17,150 nt of DNA from an uncultured archaeon. Lineage in GTDB: Archaea; Asgardarchaeota; Heimdallarchaeia; Heimdallarchaeales; Heimdallarchaeaceae. Position 1 is the stretch's first letter. Each line of letters begins with the position of its first letter. A program made the position numbers and the translations under genes. Below the pieces are notes generated by a model that was given only the letters and a program-made list of their open reading frames with translations, did not search any database and was not told the origin of the DNA. Below are positions 1-8,184 of this stretch, one piece after another. The stretch covers positions 1-17,150 of the forward strand of contig CAZHRF010000053.1 of assembly GCA_964534625.1 (NCBI GenBank), written 5' to 3'.

Positions 1-34
1 TTCAGATAAATATTTATATTATTATCAATATAAT

Positions 35-226
35 ATGTCCCAAATGAATGATTTAATAGAATGTGGAGATTTTGAAATATATCTTGAAAATGATTGGTGG
101 ATTATCCGTCATAAAGAAACAGGTGAAGAACTAGGGAAGTTTTTAACTAAAGATGATGCTCTTGATAAAGCGTCTTCGTTTCTACAAGATGACGATGAAA
201 GGGAAGAATATGAATCAGTCTGTTAA
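35..226 (+). CDS. Small acidic 63-aa protein; candidate substrate/partner of the adjacent radical SAM enzyme; central part resembles a DUF2188-like small domain
   Basis: ATG at 35 preceded by TATA-like TTTATA at 13-18. Stop overlaps the probable rSAM start (ATG 210) by 17 nt. WWIIRHKETGEELGKFLTKDDALDKA resembles the W-x-V...F-x-T-K-x-[DE]-A pattern. D/E-rich tail ends in Cys. Confidence 0.75.
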   Translation: MSQMNDLIECGDFEIYLENDWWIIRHKETGEELGKFLTKDDALDKASSFLQDDDEREEYESVC

Positions 227-1652
227 AAAGGATCTTGATGCATTCTTTTTTACATATAAAAATCACCAGTTCTTACTAGACCCACTCACTCAATTTTTTT
301 GGAAACTCCAAGACAAAAATTTATCTTTGATTTTTTACTCAAAAAATAATTTTTCACTAGACTATCTATCTCAAACCTCGTCTTGTACATCAATCAAAAA
401 GACACTTTCGGATATGCATTCTCTATCAAGAAGAGGATATTTTGTTCAAAAACGAAATCATCCAAAAGGAAAAAGGGAAAGGAAAAGAGTTAGAAATATT
501 CAATATATCATCATCAATCCAACTCATGATTGCAATCTTGATTGTTGGTATTGTTATGCATCTAAATTAAGAGAAAAAGAAAAAAACTCTGTTGAACCTT
601 CATTTAAATTTATTAAGAAGACTATTGATTACTTTCTTAATCGTCATTCACAAAAGTCCAGTTCTGAACCTTTTGGGATTAATCTCTTTTATACTAGTGA
701 GATTACTTTACACTTTAAGCTTTTTCAAGAAACCCTTGATTATTTATCACAGGTAAAAACTAATTACCCATTCCCAATTTATCTCTTTCCTCCTTCTACA
801 AACTTTTTAGAGCCATCGCCTGCATTCGTTAATTATATCAATAATTATGGTCACCTTATAGTTTCATTAGATTATTCAAATAAGAAACAGATTGAAACTG
901 CCTTACAAAATTTGAACAAGATACAAGAAAATACAACTAAGCAAGTGATCATACCATATCATCCAGATAAAGGGACTTTTCATGATATATATGCAGACAT
1001 GAAGGAATACTTCGATATAATATCCATTCGCCCAGCAAGACTTGGTTTAGATATGACAAAAAAGTGGGATATAACTTCAATCCACGATTTTCAACAGGAC
1101 TTATCTTCATTGATTTCTTATATAACAGAACTAAATGACCACGACTTATTCTTTTTTCTAAGTTCTTTAGGACCCTCAGACTATCTCTCTCGTTTTCTTA
1201 ATAGAGTTATTACCAGAACTAAAATTAATAATAGATGTCCAGCAGCTATTAAGGCAATAACAATTGATCCTAATGGGGAGTTTTATCCCTGCTCAGGTTT
1301 GATAGGTCAAAAGAAATATTGTTTAGGTTCAATTAATCAAGGTTTTGTCCTTAAATCTAATTCACTTAACACATTTTCAAAATTTGTTGATCAAAATGAG
1401 AATTGTGAGAAATGTCCAATAAAATATTTTTGTGGAGGGCATTGCATTGAATGGGGTGAACGAATCAAACCTTCCGTTTCTTATTCTGAATGTACAATTA
1501 ATTTGGAATATATCAAAGCATGTATATATTTAGCTTATCATCTTAAAACTCATAGAACATCGGTCTTTAATGAATATCTTAAAGAAAAAAAAATAAAAAA
1601 TAGGCTAAATTATCCTCTTTATTTTGAGGATTTTTCAACCATATTTAGGTAA
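210..1652 (+). CDS. Radical SAM / SPASM domain protein with probable N-terminal RRE (PqqD-like) domain
   Basis: CxxxCxxC motif CNLDCWYC. SPASM motifs CPAA...IDPNGEFYPC, CEKCPIKYFCGGHC (Cx2Cx5Cx3C) and a distal Cys. N-terminal FTYKNHQFLLDPLTQFFWKL...LSRRGYF is RRE-like. Start moved from 153 to the in-frame ATG at 210 to avoid a long overlap. Confidence 0.9.
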   Translation: MNQSVKKDLDAFFFTYKNHQFLLDPLTQFFWKLQDKNLSLIFYSKNNFSLDYLSQTSSCTSIKKTLSDMHSLSRRGYFVQKRNHPKGKRERKRVRNIQYIIINPTHDCNLDCWYCYASKLREKEKNSVEPSFKFIKKTIDYFLNRHSQKSSSEPFGINLFYTSEITLHFKLFQETLDYLSQVKTNYPFPIYLFPPSTNFLEPSPAFVNYINNYGHLIVSLDYSNKKQIETALQNLNKIQENTTKQVIIPYHPDKGTFHDIYADMKEYFDIISIRPARLGLDMTKKWDITSIHDFQQDLSSLISYITELNDHDLFFFLSSLGPSDYLSRFLNRVITRTKINNRCPAAIKAITIDPNGEFYPCSGLIGQKKYCLGSINQGFVLKSNSLNTFSKFVDQNENCEKCPIKYFCGGHCIEWGERIKPSVSYSECTINLEYIKACIYLAYHLKTHRTSVFNEYLKEKKIKNRLNYPLYFEDFSTIFR

Positions 1653-2037
1653 GAAAACCAAACAATATTGGAACTCCTCGATCTATAAACTCTATATTCA
1701 CATTAAAAAGATGAAGTAAAACAATTAATAGCCAACATAAAGCCAACCATAAGGTTATTGTAGCTACTGATGCCCACACAGCTTTTTTTGTTGTGACATC
1801 CCCAGCCATGTCCCATAACATGAAACAGATTAAAAAGGCTACTATTCCCAGCATTGCTCTTTCAGCAAAAGGTAGAAGGTTAAATACCCATAAAAAGGAT
1901 ATTGCCACAGCCATAATTAGATTGAGCCAACTCCACTTTTTGACTTCACTGGAAAACATTGCAGCGCTAATAATTGCAGCAGCCAGATAAAAGAGTCCTG
2001 TCAAAATTGCCAATAAAATGATTGTCTCGAGTGCCAT
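1645..2037 (-). CDS. Hypothetical 4-TM membrane protein
   Basis: 130-aa ORF with four hydrophobic segments. Convergent with the rSAM gene (8-nt overlap). Confidence 0.8.
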   Translation of the reverse strand: MALETIILLAILTGLFYLAAAIISAAMFSSEVKKWSWLNLIMAVAISFLWVFNLLPFAERAMLGIVAFLICFMLWDMAGDVTTKKAVWASVATITLWLALCWLLIVLLHLFNVNIEFIDRGVPILFGFLT

Positions 2038-2081
2038 ACAAATGTTTTATAATTCGTGTAAATAAATATTGTTGACAATTG

Positions 2082-2465
2082 CTACTCGTCTATCCACCTA
2101 TAAAGATGACTCTGACAGTTCGCTCTACAATCACTATTTCCAAAATTTGTTATTGGTTCTAATTCAGCTATTGAATGCATAATCTGACTTAAAAGACATT
2201 CATTTTTAGCACGTAAGTTAATCATTATACCTTTTATTACGGTTTCTTTTAAACTAGTAAGTTGATCTATATGCCAGTGAATCTTTTTTTTATTTCTTAA
2301 ATGCCTAGATAATCTGGCTCTTAATCCTCCAGAACCAAATGCTGAACCCACATAAAAGTAATAACCAGCCAATAAAACTATTTTTTCTTTAGCGATTTTA
2401 ACTTCTACTTGTTTCTTAAGTTGTAAAAACAAAATATACGCGCCTTTCCAGCCTTCAGTATATAT
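2082..2465 (-). CDS. DUF123-family GIY-YIG (Uri superfamily) endonuclease; start codon uncertain
   Basis: GYYFYVGSAFGSGGLRARLSRH, KKIHWHIDQL and FGNSDCRANCQSHL are DUF123 motifs. The conserved KGAYIL lies in frame at 2447-2430, upstream of the TTG at 2432. The 2465 end assumes a tentative ATA start. Confidence 0.85.
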   Translation of the reverse strand: MYTEGWKGAYILFLQLKKQVEVKIAKEKIVLLAGYYFYVGSAFGSGGLRARLSRHLRNKKKIHWHIDQLTSLKETVIKGIMINLRAKNECLLSQIMHSIAELEPITNFGNSDCRANCQSHLYRWIDE

Positions 2466-2489
2466 ACTTATAATTCCTTGCAGATCAGA

Positions 2490-3515
2490 TTACCCTCCTC
2501 CAGCTTTTTTCCAAAACTTTTCTGCCATTTCCAATTCCCCCATTGATTCATATATATCACCTAGCATTTCTAAAGCATCTACATTGTTTTTATTGTATTT
2601 CAATGCTTCTTTAAGATAGGTAATTGCGTCTTGCGATTTTTTGCTTACCCATAAAAGTGAGGCAATATCAATACTCGCTTCGATAAATCCAGGATCTTTA
2701 TTTAAACATATATTGTATAAAACCAACGCATCATTTATTTCTGCGATAGAGGCTTTTATAACAGCTTGTTTATAATAGCCTAAAGGATTATCAGGTTCTA
2801 ATTCCGTTAATTTATTATATACAACCAAAGCTCCATGTAAGTCTTGATTCTTCTCCAAAATATTTCCAAGTTGTAACCAAGCAGAAAAATTGTCAGGATC
2901 TATTGATGTCACTTTCTCAAAATATTCGATGGCCTTCTTTTTATTGTTAATATCTTCATAATATTGGCCAATTTGAAGCATTATTTGCACATCATTTTCT
3001 GTAGCTAAATTTTCTGCACGTAATAACATATTCCAACTAGTTACATCGTTTCCCATTTTTTTATAAATATCAGCTAATAATGAATAAACTTCAGCATCTT
3101 CATTCAAGTCTATTGCTTCATTTAAGATCTCAATCGCCATAGGATATTCTCCTTTTTTATAAAGCAGCTCCCCATATTTTTTTAACAATTCAAAATTCGG
3201 GTTCACATTTACTGCTTGTGAATATGCAAAGAGAGCTTGTTCCATGTTGCCTAATTGTTGATATGCGTCCCCCATCAATTCTAGAATTTCAGCATCTTCT
3301 GAATTAATTTCCATAGCCCTCGATAAATATTGAATACTAGATATAATTTGACCTTTTCTCAGATAGGCTTGACCTAACAAGTAAAAAAAAGTCGAGTCAT
3401 CTTCATATTCATTAATGCACCCCTCTAATTCAGTTATCGCTTTATCATATTTTTTCTGTTCTAGTAATGAATAGATATGTATGAAGAAATTTGTGTCCGG
3501 TGCTGATTTGTCCAT
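2490..3515 (-). CDS. Tetratricopeptide repeat (TPR) protein
   Basis: Repeated 34-aa units such as FFYLLGQAYLRKGQIISSIQYLSRAMEINSED and AWLQLGNILEKNQDLHGALVVYNKLTELEPDN. Probable start ATG 3515 (MDKSAP); the upstream extension to 3632 looks non-coding. Confidence 0.92.
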   Translation of the reverse strand: MDKSAPDTNFFIHIYSLLEQKKYDKAITELEGCINEYEDDSTFFYLLGQAYLRKGQIISSIQYLSRAMEINSEDAEILELMGDAYQQLGNMEQALFAYSQAVNVNPNFELLKKYGELLYKKGEYPMAIEILNEAIDLNEDAEVYSLLADIYKKMGNDVTSWNMLLRAENLATENDVQIMLQIGQYYEDINNKKKAIEYFEKVTSIDPDNFSAWLQLGNILEKNQDLHGALVVYNKLTELEPDNPLGYYKQAVIKASIAEINDALVLYNICLNKDPGFIEASIDIASLLWVSKKSQDAITYLKEALKYNKNNVDALEMLGDIYESMGELEMAEKFWKKAGGG

Positions 3516-3815
3516 GTTTTTTTCTTGTTTATTATAACTAAAAAATATTGTGAATGGATGAATTTTACTTGAGTATTTCTTGAATGATCTATTCTTGGAA
3601 TGAAAAGAAAGATAGATCCCCGCCTTGAACATATGACTTGTTCTTAGGTCTAGTAGGATGGAAATGAATGAAATCTATCTTTAGTAATTTTAATTGATCA
3701 TTATAGAACAGTGGTTTTGTTCAATTCTAAATATTAGAAGCGTTTCCTTGAAAAACTCACTAAAACCCAGATAACCAACCTTTATAAATGGAAAACTCTT
3801 TTTATAAATTGTATT

Positions 3816-4703
3816 ATGTATCAGATTATTACAAAAAGAGATGACAAATTTGGCTATAGAGTTATAGAATCGAATCTTCCAAAAACTGATGATGATACAA
3901 TTATATACCTTCCAGAAGTATCTACTACAAAAACTACTCATATGAAATATGTTTCCAAATATACTCAAGAAAATGGCACTATTATTGTCAAGCTTGTTAG
4001 AAGTGATGGGTTAGATCCTTTTGGTCGTCCAAAAGCTTTAGCTCATAATCTTTTGTTGTCTCCTGAGGAATACAATAATAGATCGTTAAGTTATTTTGCT
4101 TCACCTCTTCTAAAAAGCATGTTTGATGATATCACAAAAACACCTAACTTATTAAGTGTAGATATGTTTGAAAAGAAAAATAATCTGATTCTTGAAGTGT
4201 TGGATCTTGCAATAATAAGAGAGATTATTGTGGCAGCAATGATACAAGAACAAGTAGTGCTGATTCCTAATTTAGATCAAGAAAGTCTGTTAGATCTTGC
4301 TAGCCTCATTGATAAAGCCATCCCTTATGAAGCCTCATATGATTTTTCACTTATTTCCTATGCAGATAAAACTTGCTCAGATAAACTAATTCATAATATA
4401 TTGTATCTGTTTGCAGATAAATATAGAGGGAAAAAAGAAATAAAAATAAAAAATATTCAAGCGAAGTCAAGAAAAATTGCTAAAGAAGAAAAAGAGTATC
4501 TGAATAAATACATTGAAATGATTATTAATGAAGATTATACTAACCTTATTAGGGAGCATGCAAGATGGGTTATTGGCATGTATTATGATACACATAAAGA
4601 TTTACAGAAAGAGTTCACTGCAAGATATCAGTTAAATATACCATTTGGCCGGAGAAATAAATTCCATCAAAAATATGTTAAATTTATGTCCAAATTTAAT
4701 TGA
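3816..4703 (+). CDS. GAP1-N/M-like (DENN-related) domain protein
   Basis: N-terminal YQ...GYRVI and GLDPFGRPKALAHNLLL match the D-x2-GR-x4-5-H pattern of GAP1-N2-type domains. The central IIVAAMIQEQVVLI...IDKAIPYEASYDFSLISYA resembles the cDENN/GAP1-M core. Helical C-terminus. The CDS itself is secure; the family call is by eye. Confidence 0.6.
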   Translation: MYQIITKRDDKFGYRVIESNLPKTDDDTIIYLPEVSTTKTTHMKYVSKYTQENGTIIVKLVRSDGLDPFGRPKALAHNLLLSPEEYNNRSLSYFASPLLKSMFDDITKTPNLLSVDMFEKKNNLILEVLDLAIIREIIVAAMIQEQVVLIPNLDQESLLDLASLIDKAIPYEASYDFSLISYADKTCSDKLIHNILYLFADKYRGKKEIKIKNIQAKSRKIAKEEKEYLNKYIEMIINEDYTNLIREHARWVIGMYYDTHKDLQKEFTARYQLNIPFGRRNKFHQKYVKFMSKFN

Positions 4704-4738
4704 AGTTTTTTAGCTGTGGTTTATTGAAAAATTTCTAT

Positions 4739-5044
4739 CTATTCTAAAACGTTAACTTTATCTTCCATCTTCCGCTCTTTATCTCTTCGATCATCAATTT
4801 TTAAAGAGGTTATAATCCGTTGACACCCTAAATCAATCATTTTTTCATGTGCCCTCTTAGTAACCGCTAAGATGTCTTCAAGACTATTTGCTTCAACAAT
4901 TGTACCCATGGGGTGTGTGAGTGTTCTGATACCAGGATAACTCTCTATTTCTTTTTTTATTTCTTTGATATACTTGGATAAACTAGTTCCTTCTCCTAAA
5001 GTTGATACTACCAATTCTGCAATTATCTTATAGTTTTTTGTCAT
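4739..5044 (-). CDS. MTH1187/YkoF-like thiamine-binding protein (UPF0045)
   Basis: IIAELVVSTLGEGTSLSKYI, HPMGTIVE and RIITSLKIDDRRDKERKMEDKV are characteristic of the family. Confidence 0.93.
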   Translation of the reverse strand: MTKNYKIIAELVVSTLGEGTSLSKYIKEIKKEIESYPGIRTLTHPMGTIVEANSLEDILAVTKRAHEKMIDLGCQRIITSLKIDDRRDKERKMEDKVNVLE

Positions 5045-5237
5045 GATTTGTCAATTATTTTGTCAATTTTAAAACTTTCAATTCTAACTTTTCCTTTAAG
5101 CAAAAGTATTATTAAGTGTGTATTATTTGAGATAATGTAAAAACTAGTAGAAATGTATTTAAAAACTTAAACAAAACAACTATAAACATTAAAATCTATT
5201 AATCTGTAACTTGCAAATATAAAGGGGTTGATTAAAG

Positions 5238-6401
5238 GTGAACTTAGAATTACTATTGTATGACACAAATGTAATTGCAAAAGGAGTTGCTGCATTAGCC
5301 TTATTTGTTGGTACTATATTCACCGTTTATATAGGGAGAAAACAACAGTCACCTTTTTATCGTAGTTGGTCTGTTTTTCTTTTCGGATATGGCATTTTTG
5401 AAATCGTTAGTATTTATGAATATTTGCTAATTGAATTCCATCTCAATGAAGAATTATATAGTGAGCATCTTTTACTTCAAGCATATCGTTTATTACAATC
5501 CTTCCAAACTCTTTCTATTATATTATTGTTTGGTGCATGTTTACAACAATCAATGATTTTGCCCCCTAAATCCGCCTATGTATTACAAGCCGCCCTTTAT
5601 GGTACGTTTCTTTACTTCATTTGGATACCTCTCGATGAAATGATCAAAAACTTCAATACTCTTAACATCACCCTATTTTCATTAGTTCCTACAGATATTT
5701 TTGGTTTCGGTCTCTCAATTTTAATTTTTGCCAGTGCTTCACTATTAATTCCTATTTATGTCAGATATTCCCAAGCTTACAAATCTAGCAAAGAAAAACG
5801 TTTGCGTATCAAGCGTGATTTTACTTTCATCATGATTTTAATGATCACCACCTTAAGTGGTTTTATGATCGTCAGGAGAGCAATACAAAAAAGTTATCAA
5901 AGTGATGGTTCGTATAGTAATTTTGGATTAATAGAAACACTTGTTACTATGTCCCTTATAATAGTTGTAGCAATTTATCAGAGTCTTTCACTCAGTCATG
6001 GTATAAAAACCATATTATTGGCTGATAGAGAGGGTAATCCTATTGTTGCATATTCTCCATTAAAAAGAGAGCAATTATCTTCTGAAGATAAAATTATTGC
6101 TGTGTCAGGTTTTCTTTCAAGTTTTTTCCATTTCGTTAAAGAGTATATTGCATCTTCTAAAGATGAAACATTTAAAGAAGTTAAAACAACGAACTCTACT
6201 TTTACTTTTTTTGTCCAAGACAAGTTTTTCTTAATAATCCAATCCAAAATTTTGAGTAATATTCTAGAACAAGCAGCTACAGCAACTCTAGAAGAGATAA
6301 ATAACATTCTTGATAGCTTTAATGTAAATGATTTGCCATCAAGAGAACAAGTAAAGACGATTATAGAAAACCTAGATAAATCATTCTATTTATTGGCTTA
6401 A
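5238..6401 (+). CDS. 7-TM membrane protein with C-terminal longin-like domain
   Basis: About 7 hydrophobic helices in aa ~12-250. These are followed by IKTILLADREGNPIVAY...IAVSGFLSSFFHFVKE...FKEVKTTNSTFTFFVQDKFFLIIQ, a beta-beta-alpha-beta-beta-beta-alpha-alpha longin pattern. GTG start. Confidence 0.75.
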   Translation: MNLELLLYDTNVIAKGVAALALFVGTIFTVYIGRKQQSPFYRSWSVFLFGYGIFEIVSIYEYLLIEFHLNEELYSEHLLLQAYRLLQSFQTLSIILLFGACLQQSMILPPKSAYVLQAALYGTFLYFIWIPLDEMIKNFNTLNITLFSLVPTDIFGFGLSILIFASASLLIPIYVRYSQAYKSSKEKRLRIKRDFTFIMILMITTLSGFMIVRRAIQKSYQSDGSYSNFGLIETLVTMSLIIVVAIYQSLSLSHGIKTILLADREGNPIVAYSPLKREQLSSEDKIIAVSGFLSSFFHFVKEYIASSKDETFKEVKTTNSTFTFFVQDKFFLIIQSKILSNILEQAATATLEEINNILDSFNVNDLPSREQVKTIIENLDKSFYLLA

Positions 6402-6452
6402 TATACAAATAATACCAAAAAAAGGATATTATATGAGAATTAAGATCGTTGA

Positions 6453-7391
6453 TTATTTAGAAGCGATATAAGCTAGAATTATATTTACAATGATACGGAT
6501 AGCTGTGGTCATTGCCAATATCCAAAATCCCGTTAATATCCATTCGGATTTTATTTTGTGCAAAAACTGTGGTGCTGTCCAAGAGGCTATTATTGTTCCT
6601 ATTGCTAGAAAGGGAACATAAGCCCATTCAACTGAAGCAAACCTTAAACCGACCCCAAATGGAGTGGTAAGCATTATGGTGAATGTTGAAGTAGCAGTTG
6701 CTATTGCACCTGGAACGCCTAATACCATAGTGAGAATAGGCACATAAATAACACCGCCTCCAAGTCCAAGCAAAGAACCAAAGAATCCACCGAAGAAAGC
6801 TAAAATAACTCCAGGAAATAATTTCACAGTATATTTGAAAGGAACATCTCTTTTATCGGAAAATTCTCTATCAAAAATCCATTTTTTATACCAAGGTAAC
6901 TCAGAATCATCAATCGCATATAATGGTTCTTCTTTTTCAATACCTAGTGCAGATCTACGTTTCTCTAGGAATATCATAACTATTTTGTATAGAGAAATAG
7001 CTAACATAGTTATTCCAAAAAGAATTTTTATAATATCAATACTTGCTGCAACACCTGTATTTTGCTCTTGTAAGGGTTTTATAATAAAAGCAGCTAAAAA
7101 AGCACCTGTTACTGTTCCTGGTACTGCAAAGATAACAAATCTCAGAGCAATAGCAAAATCAATTCTTTTTTCTCTAATATAAGAGATACTACCGCTTATA
7201 CTCGTGAAAATTATTACCCCTAGGGAAGTCGCAGTAGCTTTATCCCCATCAAATCCATACACTAAAACCAATATAGGAACCGTGATAAGACCACCACCTA
7301 TACCAAATGTCGGGGAGATGGCACCTATTAACAGTCCAAATACTATAAGACCTAATATTTCTAATAAAGTAAAACCAAGTAATAAAGACAT
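6453..7391 (-). CDS. Sulfite exporter TauE/SafE (TSUP) family permease
   Basis: Duplicated motifs FGIGGGLITVPIL...ATATSL and LLGLGGGVIYVPIL...ATATS; about 8 TM segments. Confidence 0.93.
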   Translation of the reverse strand: MSLLLGFTLLEILGLIVFGLLIGAISPTFGIGGGLITVPILVLVYGFDGDKATATSLGVIIFTSISGSISYIREKRIDFAIALRFVIFAVPGTVTGAFLAAFIIKPLQEQNTGVAASIDIIKILFGITMLAISLYKIVMIFLEKRRSALGIEKEEPLYAIDDSELPWYKKWIFDREFSDKRDVPFKYTVKLFPGVILAFFGGFFGSLLGLGGGVIYVPILTMVLGVPGAIATATSTFTIMLTTPFGVGLRFASVEWAYVPFLAIGTIIASWTAPQFLHKIKSEWILTGFWILAMTTAIRIIVNIILAYIASK

Positions 7392-7477
7392 TTTTCGTCG
7401 TATTCCTCTTTAAATTTTTTTTAAACGAGGGTTAAAAAATTTATCCTTTTAAACGTAACAAACTGAAAATGAAAAAA

Positions 7478-8155
7478 TTAATTTCTTTTCCCTTTCTTTT
7501 TCTTTAATTGGTCTTCAAACATCATAGGATACGTACGAAATGCCAGATTAAGCCGTATATAACCAATAACATTTATAACACTAAAAAACAACACACCAGC
7601 TATACCTATAATACTAAAAAATAATGCCAAATTTTCATGTATCCTTAGAATAATATACGAAATCAAAAATAGAAGATATACTAAAGCCAAACCAAAATGA
7701 CCTAAAGGGAGGAATATTTTAGGTTCTTTGATTATGTAATCTTCAGCCCATAACTCTTCCATTTGGTCAATTAATAGGTAGAAACCATATCCGAGCAAAC
7801 AATATGCCCCTACCATCATTAGAAACGCCAAATAGTATAAAATAATGGATCCTGTTTCTGTAATAGATACAAACGTAATCTGTGCAATCCCTATTAAGAT
7901 CGAACCGCTAGCGATAAAAAGGCCTATTTTTTCACCTAAAGTCCACGGATAGTCGTTGTTAGTTTTAAATCTATATGATGCATATGAAATACCCAAATAT
8001 GCCAATATTAAGGGGATATAAAGAATATGAGATTGATTAAAGTCAATCACGATGGTATTTAATAAAAATCTTCCAAAGATTATCAATAATATTTGAAAAA
8101 TTAGTAGCATAATGCTACCACTTGAGATAAATTTCGCTAATTTGTATCTTTCCAT
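7478..8155 (-). CDS. ~6-TM membrane protein, paralogue 3 of a tandem trio
   Basis: Six hydrophobic segments. Shares motifs with the two upstream genes (LPLGHFG; VIGYIRL). Confidence 0.85.
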   Translation of the reverse strand: MERYKLAKFISSGSIMLLIFQILLIIFGRFLLNTIVIDFNQSHILYIPLILAYLGISYASYRFKTNNDYPWTLGEKIGLFIASGSILIGIAQITFVSITETGSIILYYLAFLMMVGAYCLLGYGFYLLIDQMEELWAEDYIIKEPKIFLPLGHFGLALVYLLFLISYIILRIHENLALFFSIIGIAGVLFFSVINVIGYIRLNLAFRTYPMMFEDQLKKKKGKRN

Positions 8156-8184
8156 TTTTATCGCTCTCTCTTGGCCATATTTGA

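Noticed and set aside
35-226. C-terminal Cys of the peptide as a CaaX/ICMT substrate linked to the ICMT gene
   Set aside because: ESVC is not a CaaX, CC or CxC motif, and the ICMT gene is ~11 kb away with no operon link.
1793-1990. 65-aa + strand ORF
   Set aside because: Antisense shadow of the 4-TM membrane gene; no motifs.
3516-3632. 39-aa N-terminal extension of the TPR ORF
   Set aside because: Composition looks non-coding, and a TATA-like TTATAA lies just upstream of ATG 3515.
3608-3682. 75-nt stem-closed element considered as a tRNA, SECIS or C/D-box RNA
   Set aside because: No cloverleaf or paired T-arm, no CTGA D box, and no UGA-interrupted selenoprotein ORF seen nearby. Kept only as an unclassified structure.
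3690-3968. 92-aa minus-strand ORF
   Set aside because: Overlaps the DENN-like gene antisense; no recognisable features.
5238-5996. 7-TM domain as a rhodopsin
   Set aside because: No retinal-binding Lys (DxxxK or SxxxK) in the seventh helix.
5996-6307. 103-aa minus-strand ORF
   Set aside because: Antisense shadow of the longin-like domain.
6835-7413. Two + strand ORFs (115 and 69 aa)
   Set aside because: Antisense shadows of the hydrophobic TauE/SafE gene.
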